Positions 8,532 to 18,600 of a stretch of DNA of 64,000 nt are shown here, in pieces; positions within the stretch are counted from its first letter, which is position 1; each line of letters opens with the position of its first letter. The stretch is from an uncultured Gammaproteobacteria bacterium. GTDB lineage: Bacteria > Patescibacteriota > Patescibacteriia > Magasanikbacterales > GWA2-37-8. The stretch covers positions 1,649-65,648 of the forward strand of contig CAZWKA010000007.1 in assembly GCA_964634875.1 (NCBI GenBank), written 5' to 3'. Under the pieces are notes generated by a model. The model was not told where the DNA came from and did no database searches. It saw only the letters and a list, made by a program, of their open reading frames with translations. The position numbers and the translations under genes were made by a program.

Positions 8532-11342
8532 TTAAAGTTCGATCCTTCTTCCTTGTGGGTCTACATAATGGTCTGTGCCACCCTTTTGAGCATAAATTTC
8601 TTTTAACTTCGTACGCTTGAACAGTGTTTCAAGGCCAGCAGGATCTTTTGCTTTTGCAAGCATCTTAGAGAGCAGGCTCTCAATCTTGTCCTTTGCCATA
8701 TTAGCAAACGCATCGTTGAAATCCTCAATGTTTGTCTTATCGATAGAACTAACAATGTTAGCCGTTACATTACCAAACATGTTGGCAATACGATCTTGGG
8801 CGGCATCGCTCGAAATACTAATCTTTACCTGTCCATTAACTACCGCATTATCGACTGAGCCTCCAAAGCCCTGGATCTTAGTAGCTTTGGACTGCGCGAC
8901 AGACCATTCACGTTTACCACCGTGCCACTTGGCGTCACCGTTAACATCACTCATATCCGCAGCGTGGAAATTGCTTTCTCCGGTCTTAACATTAAAATCT
9001 TCTTTAAATAAGCCAGCCTTATTGACCGCACCATCATCAGCAGAAAAAGCTAAACCGGCAGTGAAGCTCTGCATGAAGCTGCCAAAATTCTTACCAAGAT
9101 TTTGCCTTAATTCTTCTAAGGCTGCATCAATTTCTGGCTTACTTTTACCTACCTGTCGCTGCAAAATAGAGGCAAGCTCATTTGCCTGATGCGCCGCAAC
9201 GTCATCAGCATCAGCGTCATGCTTCAGCGAGTTGCCTGACGCGTCAATCAGGGCAGTAAGTGTACCGTTATCGCCGAACATTGACCCGCGAGAACCGTTA
9301 AACGCCTGGAGCGAGGCCATGTCGGTAATTAAATTTTTAAGCTTACCTTGTTCTTTTTCAAAATTCGTATCACTTGGCGACAAGCCCGCAACAGCCGTCC
9401 GTTGGGCACGAATTTGATCACGTAAAAAGGCTACCTTCTGCATGGTACGATCAAAGTCAGAACTACCCGCCAAATCAATATCCTCTTTGGTATGTTTGGC
9501 AAGCACCTGTTCCTTGTAACGCGGGGTTTGATTGTTATCAGTAAGGTTCTTGTCTTTCGCCTCGGCAACCTGTAACTCTTCAGCACGGTCAAGTTTCTTT
9601 TTGATTTCCTCGGCATTCGCTTGGGCGGTAATAGCGGTATGCTCAAAATCCATGAAGGCCGCATCTTTCTTTTCGATCATCTCTGCTTCCTTTTTGGCAT
9701 ATTTTTCATCTTTTTTCTTTTCAGCCATTTTCTCAACAGCATGCTTTAGCACGCCGCTGCGAAGTTTTGCCCGACCACCGAGTAATTTGCTCGTACCAAA
9801 TGTTTCTTCTTCAATTTTTTCGTAATTTTCAGCTGTATCCTGCCAGTCTTCAACCTTTTTGGCTTTGCGGCGACTGCTTTCACCAATTAAAGGAATTTTC
9901 TTGAATGCAAAAGCAGCAACAGATGCTCCAACCCCAGCCAGACCCTTTTTACCGCGAGCCCAATCCTCTGCTCCTTTAGACCAATCACTGCGTTTTTTAC
10001 CCAAAGCTGCCCAACCGGCACGAGAGATACTAGCAATATTCTTACCCATATTAACCCAATTCTCACCACCAATGACCGGGGCTTTCATGGCCGCAAATTT
10101 TGCGGCTGCAGTTCCAGCATCAACCGCATGTCCACCAGCCCAGCGAGCTGCATTGATGCCGCTGGCGTATTTACCAACAGTCTTGCCAAAGTCGATCGCA
10201 CCACCAACCGCCGACGCCCCTGCTCCACCTAGTTCTTCGGCAGCTTTGGCACCAACCATGAGCATACCGATCGCAATGGCAAAACTGGCCATCTTTGGCC
10301 AGGACATAATGGCTGAAATACCGGCAGCCTGTACGGCAGAACCAATACCATCAGTACCAGCTGAGCCCTCCAGGCGATTCGGTGCCGTGGAATTATCGGA
10401 AATATCTTGGCTTATATTCCCATTACCCAAGGTTACAAATGACAACCAAACAAAAAATAATAAAACTGGCCCCGTAATGACGTTAGCCGTAAACTCACTC
10501 CACCACTTACCGGCGTATGATTCCGTTTGCGGCAAGATACTGAGCACAAAGGCCAAAGGCGATAACACAATCAAGACCCACAAGACAACCATGCGGGCGA
10601 GCAGCATATACAGAAAAACGAACATGACACCCATAACCATGGCAGCAAAGGTAACACCACCAACAGCGGCAATGAATTGCTCGGTAGCCGTAAACTTTGT
10701 CGGCGAAGTTCCCGCGGATAATTCCAATATCTGATTTAATTGGAAGGCGTTGATAAGGTTACCACCAGCAGTAGCAGCAATACCGTTGACGAAGGTGGTC
10801 ATGACAACCTGAGCAACATCAATGATCAAACCGCAGATAGTACGGCTAAAGTTGACCAAGATAGCGGCAAAAATAAATTTGCCAAGCAGTTTTTTCCATT
10901 CGTACTGTTCAAGACCAAGGATCGTTCCAAAAGCAATAATGAGTAAAATAACGACAAAAACCATGTTGGTAATATCACGAACCATTACCCAACCAACATT
11001 TACAGCTGCCGAATCGAGATAGCCATTATAGCCGCCCAAGGTGATAACGAAACTGAGGATAAAAACAGTTAGCCGGATAAATAAACCAGCGATGGCCAAG
11101 ATGATAGTTGCCAAGAGCTCCAACCAGAAAGCAGGCTCGATCAAGCGACCGATATCCGTTGCGGCATAGCTTGGCAGCGCAAGGACAGAACTGATAGCAA
11201 GGCCAACCACCGAACAAATCAAAAAAAGCGCAACAAACTTTCGTCTGTTACGAAGAAACGAACCGACCGTCTGAAGACACATGGAGACGCTCGCGAGCAC
11301 AAGAAAAAGTTCAAGATCAAAACTGAACGTAGTATACCACAT
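8532..11342 (-). CDS. VirB6/TrbL-like polytopic membrane protein with a long (about 500 aa) hydrophilic, coiled-coil-rich C-terminal extension
   Basis: About 8-10 predicted TM helices in the first roughly 430 aa. Lys/Glu-rich coiled-coil stretch (KKKDEKYAKKEAEMIEKK). Position within the T4SS operon. Confidence 0.5.
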   Translation of the reverse strand: MWYTTFSFDLELFLVLASVSMCLQTVGSFLRNRRKFVALFLICSVVGLAISSVLALPSYAATDIGRLIEPAFWLELLATIILAIAGLFIRLTVFILSFVITLGGYNGYLDSAAVNVGWVMVRDITNMVFVVILLIIAFGTILGLEQYEWKKLLGKFIFAAILVNFSRTICGLIIDVAQVVMTTFVNGIAATAGGNLINAFQLNQILELSAGTSPTKFTATEQFIAAVGGVTFAAMVMGVMFVFLYMLLARMVVLWVLIVLSPLAFVLSILPQTESYAGKWWSEFTANVITGPVLLFFVWLSFVTLGNGNISQDISDNSTAPNRLEGSAGTDGIGSAVQAAGISAIMSWPKMASFAIAIGMLMVGAKAAEELGGAGASAVGGAIDFGKTVGKYASGINAARWAGGHAVDAGTAAAKFAAMKAPVIGGENWVNMGKNIASISRAGWAALGKKRSDWSKGAEDWARGKKGLAGVGASVAAFAFKKIPLIGESSRRKAKKVEDWQDTAENYEKIEEETFGTSKLLGGRAKLRSGVLKHAVEKMAEKKKDEKYAKKEAEMIEKKDAAFMDFEHTAITAQANAEEIKKKLDRAEELQVAEAKDKNLTDNNQTPRYKEQVLAKHTKEDIDLAGSSDFDRTMQKVAFLRDQIRAQRTAVAGLSPSDTNFEKEQGKLKNLITDMASLQAFNGSRGSMFGDNGTLTALIDASGNSLKHDADADDVAAHQANELASILQRQVGKSKPEIDAALEELRQNLGKNFGSFMQSFTAGLAFSADDGAVNKAGLFKEDFNVKTGESNFHAADMSDVNGDAKWHGGKREWSVAQSKATKIQGFGGSVDNAVVNGQVKISISSDAAQDRIANMFGNVTANIVSSIDKTNIEDFNDAFANMAKDKIESLLSKMLAKAKDPAGLETLFKRTKLKEIYAQKGGTDHYVDPQGRRIEL

Positions 11343-11778
11343 TTTTTGGGGATCAACAATCGATGGGGATAACGGAACAAACTATTTTAGCTTACGTGAC
11401 TATCAACTATTTTTTTATAATTACGATTCGTTGTAGTCTGGTTTGCTTATCCTGCTCCACCTCCTTACCACTAGCTTTTCATTCCCGCGCAGGCGGGAAG
11501 TCCAGTGCACGTAGCACATGTCTTGCCTTTTGGATTACTGCCTACACGGGAATGGCATCTAAAGGCAGGCAGCAGGCTCACCGTCTCACGAATTATCCAC
11601 AGCTGATTATTGCTAACATAAGGTAAACTATGTCAGTATGGCCACAGTGAAGCACTTGACTTTTTTTTCAAAATTACGACGATTTAAGCTATAGTAATAC
11701 GTTTTGTTCATTACAACTACCTAACCAACCTTTTAACGCGGTTGTTTAGCGCTACAATCACCAAGCTTAGCTCCACTT

Positions 11779-11823
11779 CTAGGGTTGCGCCAACTATCGA
11801 ATATATAGCTGGCGCAACCCTAG
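11779..11823. promoter_or_regulatory. Near-perfect 17-bp-arm inverted repeat at the boundary of a GC-rich cassette (operator or boundary hairpin)
   Basis: ctagggttgcgccaact / atcgaatatat / agctggcgcaaccctag. Confidence 0.35.
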
Positions 11824-11898
11824 AAAGGAGCTTTTCCGTGAAACGCTGAGGTGCATGCCGCGCCTCAGCAAGTTACCGGCCTCGGAAGGAGCATGACC

Positions 11899-12459
11899 AT
11901 GAGCACGAAGAAGGAGTCTCTGTGCAAGCCGACCCCCCACAACCACCTCACGCTCGCGGCCCTCATCGCCGCACTCACCCTCAGCAGCGCCTGCGGCGGA
12001 GCCGTGGGGAAGGACGACCTGAACTCGGCCACGGCCAACACGCAGACCTCGATCGCCGACGTCGCCAAGGAGTGCGCCGACTCGAAGAAGGCGAGCGAGG
12101 AGACGAAGAAGGCCTGCGACGACCAGATCAAGAGCTGCGAGGACACGAAGCGGGTCTGCGAGATGCCGACCCCCAGCGCCATGACGACGGCGCGCTGCCA
12201 GGCGCTGATGCCGGCAGCCAACCGCACGTTCACCAAGTGTGGCGCCAAGATGGAGAGCGGCAAGCTGTGGCTCGACGTGGCCAACAAGTCGAACCCCGCC
12301 CTCAAGGACGTGGACTGCGTGGTCAACCTGACCGGCATCCTCGGGGAGGGCACGATCCCCATCAACAACCTCCACGTGACGCAGTGGAGCGACGCGGGCG
12401 ACCTGATCCTCAAGTTCTGGATCGATCACCCGCTCGGACGGACGATCTGCGAGCCCTAG
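11899..12459 (+). CDS. Cysteine-rich lipoprotein, hypothetical. GC-rich foreign cassette.
   Basis: GGAAGGAG sits 7 nt upstream of the ATG. Signal peptide LTLAALIAALTLSSAC with Cys right after the lipobox. 11 Cys in the mature part. The antisense and other-frame ORFs 11794..12486 (-) and 11922..12581 (+) are GC-composition artefacts. Confidence 0.65.
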   Translation: MSTKKESLCKPTPHNHLTLAALIAALTLSSACGGAVGKDDLNSATANTQTSIADVAKECADSKKASEETKKACDDQIKSCEDTKRVCEMPTPSAMTTARCQALMPAANRTFTKCGAKMESGKLWLDVANKSNPALKDVDCVVNLTGILGEGTIPINNLHVTQWSDAGDLILKFWIDHPLGRTICEP

Positions 12460-12555
12460 CTCGCCTACCCGCTGGCTCGCCTTCACCCCACCCCGGGGAT
12501 CGAAGGCGAGCCAACGGAGATTTCAAAAATTTACAACATACTTTATATATTTTTG

Positions 12556-12597
12556 AAAAAACAAAACCCTCTATAAAATAGAGGGTTTTGTTTTTTA
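12556..12597. terminator. Bidirectional rho-independent terminator
   Basis: aaaaccctctataaaatagagggtttt with T-runs on both sides. It ends both the plus-strand cassette gene and the minus-strand giant gene. Confidence 0.6.
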
Positions 12598-12618
12598 CTT
12601 ATACCTCTTCAAGACATT

Positions 12619-15600
12619 TTACTCTGCAGGAGCAGCAATGATAATTTTATTGGCAAAAGGAGTAAAGGCAAAATCATCTACCGCCGCACTACACTCTTTA
12701 ACACCGTTAGATCGAGGATCATTGTAGCACCCTGAAGCACGACCCGCACAATTTCCATTACACCACCCCCAATTATCAACCACCTGTACTTTTGGCACAA
12801 ATTCACAACAGCCATTTGGGAAGTTCGCAGGGCATTGGGCAGCCTCTTTAAAGCCGACACTATCGCGTGAACAGAAGTACACATGATCGAACAAGCGATA
12901 ATTAGCCACACAGGTTTTATCAATAATCCGACCAAAACTTTGGGCTGAGGCCTCTGGAGCACACACTGGCTCAATAACACAATCAGAATTTACTCTACAG
13001 ACAGTCTTAAGGTCGCGTGGAACTACACACTTACCAACCGGAGTCTGAGGATCATTTGGCAAGAGACAGGTTGCACCAGGTTTACCATTAGGCCCACCCG
13101 TGCAATCAGCATTTGTAGTACAAGAGATATCTTGAAGGTCTTTTACGACACAGTGTTTTTCGGCACCAACCGTTTCACATGTTGGCTGCTGATAGCCACG
13201 GTAGTTACGACCAGCTTGTTGGCCTGGCAAGGTGCTTTTACCGTCGCCCCAAAACACATTAACTTCACGGATAGGCATCTGATCGGCGTCCGCGGCAACG
13301 AAAAATTGCAGATCAACTTTGGCGCTTGGGGTGCGGCGGATAATATCTCTTCCTTGTGGTTCATTATCAATAGTCATGCCTGGCTTAGTCTGGTCTTCGA
13401 GACAGTGTCCTTCGGCATTACAAGCACCAACAGGGAACACAACTGGTGGACGAGGTTTTTTCTGCCAATCACCCGTAGCCGTTTTATCATTAAACGCACC
13501 TTTCGTGACCGCAAAAACGTTGCTGGAGTTGAATGTATACAAAGTATTAACCCGCGCAAATAACGAACCAAACGAATTGTTAGAATCAGCTGAGCTTGCC
13601 CCAACCTTTGTAGCATTTTTAACAGTCCCATCAGCCAACACCTGTAAACAACTTGATTTTGGGCCTCCAAGACATGCATATGGCGAACCAGGAACATACG
13701 TCGGCACTGCAGCATTACCTTTTACGATACTTAAAGGATACTTACAATTTTCTAGCCCAAACGATGGGAAACAGGTTGTCTCACTCTCTTTAGGCTCAAA
13801 CGGAGTCATGATAAGCGGCTGATTTTGATTCATGCTAGCTATTCCCAAACTACCAAAAGGTGCAATCGGGGTGGTGTACATATAGCCTAGACCGGCGAAA
13901 CCGAAATCACCATTGTAACTACTTGAAATACTATAGAGCGACTGCTTCCAAAGACGATTAGTCCAAGGGATCGATCGATCATCGGACGAACCTACTGTAT
14001 CGACTTCGGCTATACGAGTACAAATCTGTCGAAGCTTAAAACTCACTTTGTATTTGATAAAGTGGTCATCCCCGGCATCATACGAACCATGATAAAGGGT
14101 TCTGTAACCAAGGAAGGTTCCGTCATTATCAAACGTAAAGAGGATGGCATGCCAATTACCTTCGCCTGCGTGGGTGTCGGCAATAGTAGCGTTGGTGACA
14201 CTAGGGTTCCAAAACCCAAGTTCACCAAGATTTGTGCCTCGATTAGTTATGCCGCTTGGAACAAAAATGTTGCCATTCAACATTCCACAGTCACCCTTTG
14301 GCCCAGTATTTGCACATTCTGCAGAAAAGCTGCCATCATCCCCCATACAAATGTTTCCCTCTTGGCTTACAAACTCTCCATGTGTTCCATCGCGCTTCTT
14401 ACTACCGTACATGTAAATGAATTCGTTCGGCTTGCCCATGTAATGGCCAGTAAGTGCGCGTCCCGGGCCTTGCATATGATCTTTTGTCTGGTAAACAGTC
14501 TGAGGCTGGTCAAGGGGCGTAGCAGCATTTGGCCAAATCTCAAAAATGGCACCATTTGGATCTTCACTGTCCCGAATATCCTGGGTATGGATGATTATTT
14601 TCTCAATATCAGATTTACGCAATTTGCGCTCGTCTGCTGTTGCTTGATAAAAATCACGGTTGGTTGAGCCTACAAAGGTAGCAGCATTCCTAAATGGACT
14701 ATTCCAGTCACACGAGGTACCAGATTGGCCATACATATCCGACTGCTGGATTTTCTTGTTGTCATAAAATTCATAGGTACCAAACAACAAATCTTGGCCA
14801 TAAAAATACCTGCTCGCTGGATACGGCATGGCCGGATCCATTTTATCACCACCGGCATTGTTGGCGTCCAAGCAGTACTCACGACCAGACGCCAACCCCA
14901 AGTCAGCAGGAGATTGGTAACCGGCATCAGGATGCTGCTCGTTAATGTCGTTTGACCCGATAATACTGTCAACAGGGAACCAAGACAAGCAAGGGAAAAC
15001 ACCCTGCGCAGCGTTCACGTTGCGGGAGCTATCCGGTTCCAGACAAAAACCTTTCCAGCCTAAGAGCTGTTCGTTCCGACGTTGTTTTTGGCATGTTCCA
15101 GGCGTCTTGCCGGTCATCTGACAACCTTCATCATCGCTACAAGCTGAACCTTCTTTAAAACCACCCTGACAAATACCTTGGGGGACTTTTAAGTTACTTC
15201 CTGGTACCGCAGCAGCATCAAGCGTATTTGGTTTCTGGTAGTTCCAATACTTAGTGAGCGCACCATCACCGTAGGTAACCTTGGTATAGTTACAATCACA
15301 CGCCCCGGATACACTTGGGTCAGAGGTAAAACCATTGGTTTCACTACAGAACTTGGCATTACTAAACTGAGAAATTGCTTTTCCAATCACCGTCGTATTA
15401 GGGAACGGCGAATCCTTTTCAGGATACAAACGGCAGGCTTCAGCCGGAGACTTCTTAACCACCTCGCCAATCGTGCCATCAGGGTTTTGTAAACAGAGGC
15501 CATTCAAACAAATACCAATTCCGCCTTGACCACAAACCTTATCATTTTCTTTACACGATGCGTCGTTCGGTGCTGCGGCGTCTACACAATTCGTATTACC

Positions 15601-18600
15601 GCATGGTATTCTTCGCACCAAACGGAACAAGGGATTAGCGCTTTGGCCGCTAATATTTACCTGAGCCAGCTCTTCAACTGGGAAGATACCTGGGATAGAC
15701 CAGCCGGTAAAATCCATACCCGCCCAACTTGTATCACGCTGGGTATATAGTTCAGGAGTTAATACCTGGCCAGAATATTCCCCACCACCTTCAACCCAAC
15801 TGGCGCAATTGGTTATATTACTTTCGGCTTGGTTTTCTGGGGCACGATCACAGCGGCCGATATCATCACAGACTATTTTCCATTTACCGGTTTTATCATC
15901 CCAAACACGATGGCTAGAACGGCACTGGAGCCATTCGCCACAGGTACGATCGTGGTCAACTTTAATAATGATATTAGCATCCGCTGGATTAGCAGTAGAG
16001 CCGTCAACCGGTTTGACGAGGGCATCCTGAGACTCCTGGCTGGCAGCATACGTCGCCTTGCTTGACCAGTATTTATTTGGATTATCAGGTTCGTCAAACA
16101 ACGCACAGCCTTTCTTCTGACTCACCGTACCATTACATTCCGCTCCATCAATCTTTTCGTTTTTAATATAATAGTAAGAACGATCATTATCATTGTGATC
16201 AACAAATTGAGTACATTTATCTTGGGCAGCCGGACACTCACCAACAAAGTTTTGATATTTAGCGCCATCACCATACGACCAGAGGCCATAATTATTGCCC
16301 TGCTGGACGTAATCTGCATAACACGGCTGCGCTCCTACACCCTGGCAGGTCGCACCAGTGCCACAATCAGCATTGGCAGAACAGAATTTGCCGCTGTTGT
16401 TGCTACAGATACCAACCCCTTTCCAGAACCAGCCACTAGATTTTACACCCTTTACGTTTACATCAGCCTGGTATGTACAAATCTTCTGACCGGTAACCAG
16501 CGGATCTTTAAAATATGAATCACCCGTTGCACTGCCGAACGCCGAACAACCTACTGCTTCTTTCTGGCAAAGTGTTGTTTCATACGCGGCCGGATCGTTT
16601 TTAACCAAAGCCGTGGTGTATTGGAGACCCGTTGGGGTTGATTTCTGGACACCCGCAAATGTACAACCAAGATCAGCAACATTACAGGAAGCAGCCTGGT
16701 TAGCAACGAGATACACAGGCGTTGTCGCTGGAGTATCAGCTGGTACATAGACGGTTGATTTTACAAAACTGCCTGCTCCGGCAACCTGGATAATCTCACT
16801 GGCCTCATGGCCGCTGATATTGACATAACACCCTGACTGTCCGACAGGAATCTGACACGAAACCGTATCATTGCCAAGTTGGATTTCAACTTTTGTTCCG
16901 CCGGTGCCGACAAGCCAAACATTGAAGGCTTTAGGACCAGCGTCGGCAGGAGTATTTTGGGTATCAAACAAGGCCGTACAACCAATCGCACCTTCACGGC
17001 AAAGGTAGTTAAAACCTGTCAAAGCAAAAGTCTTATTGCTCGGGTCTTTATACTGCATACAACCCAAAGCCTCGCCAGGCAAATTGTCATTCACGTTACT
17101 GTCACAAACCGGATCCACTTTAAGACTGTTCTTAACAAGATAAATATAATCAGTAACCTCGACGAGGCGGATGTTATCGAGATATAATTTGGCGTTGCCC
17201 TGATTTTTGAAAACCAATTGGCCTAGTGTCCCGGCTCCACCATATTCGATCGGCCCCAAGCGATAATAATTCCAGGTATCCCCCACCCCAACTGCACCAA
17301 AATCTTTGGAGTAATTACCCTCGGTCGAAGCCAGGCTGACAGTTAAGGACTGAGCGTCACCCTTTGCCCAGAACGTAAGGTCGTAACTCTTACTCGGGAC
17401 CACATTAATGTCGCGCGTCAGAGCCGCTGCTCCAAGGTAGCCCAAAGAATGCTCGCCAACGCGGGTAGATTCGCTCGAAAGTTGCACGGCAGCTGGTTTC
17501 CACGGGGTCAAAACAGGAGCAGTCGTACCTTCAAAAGTGTCATTAAATACTTCCTTAATATTGTTACCGGCATTCCCTTTATAAGCACGACACGTGTTGG
17601 CCGACGCTTGGCAAGATTTACTGGTGCCCGCTGTATTTTGAACACCATCTGGCAAACCGTAGTAGAAACAAGAACCGTTCTGGTACTCACCACCCTGCAA
17701 ACAGAGTTGACATTGGTTATTGTTCCAAAAACCCTTCTTAGTAGCACACGTAGCCTGATCATATGATGTCGGCAAGAGCTCGCTGTTATTTAAACGGTAC
17801 GGTGTACACGAGTTAGAAACCGGGATGGTTTTGGCGAGTAAACGGTAGTAAACATTACCCTCATCATCGTTAAACTGTCGGCAGTCTGGGTCTGCTTTGC
17901 CGCTCTTATAGAGGGCCTCACTGCACTGGCGGGCATAATTATCGGCATCACTCTCTGTGCGATAAAAATACTTTGGTCCACCTGTCTCATCTTTAACCAA
18001 GGTAAAGACTTTTAATTGGTAACCACCGACCGTAGAACCCTCGTAGGTAATAAAGTTTTTCTGAACATTTACGTCTGGTGTGGCGCAAGGGCGGAGATAT
18101 GAATAATGTTCGACATTTTCTACCTCACCAAGTGTCGTGCTAAGGTTGGTAAAACTGCTGCAACTTTCTTCTTGGGCACTGCAGGAAGAACCAGAAGCAG
18201 GAATTATATATGCAACATCCTGGCCAAGCGAATAATTACTTGGCATTTCGCGATAACTGGCATAGCCGACACATTTTGCATCACATTGGTCATTCCAGAC
18301 AATTTGTTTATCGACCACCTCAGCTGCTTTAAACCGGCCAGGAATTTTGCTGCCGCCCTGGGCTGAAGTGTACCAATTGCAATTTACTTCATCCGCAATA
18401 CAAGCACCGGCATAATTACTACATTGTGCCTTTGGTGTAATCCTGGCGAGATCAGCTGTCGTGTTGGCCCAATCAATTTTTCGGGTACTTGGATCACTGT
18501 CATAACAACCTAAATAGTCCGGAGCTTTTTTGAGATACAGACTGTTCTGATTATTTGTTGCACCAGCGATCTTAAAGGCAGAGCAACCAGCTGAATTAGC

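Noticed and set aside
11440-11670. RNase P RNA, SRP RNA or tmRNA in the 11.4-11.7 kb non-coding region
   Set aside because: Only short partial similarity is seen (GGGAAGTCC, GCCACAGTGA). The length and arrangement are incompatible with bacterial RNase P. No SRP domain-IV or tmRNA tRNA-like end was found. It is kept only as a low-interest candidate.
11794-12581. Long overlapping ORFs 11794..12486 (-), 11865..12413 (-) and 11922..12581 (+) across the GC-rich island
   Set aside because: Open antisense or alternative frames are expected in GC-rich DNA. Only the frame starting at 11899 has an SD, a signal peptide with lipobox, and protein-like composition. The others are Arg/Gly/Ala/Leu-rich artefacts.
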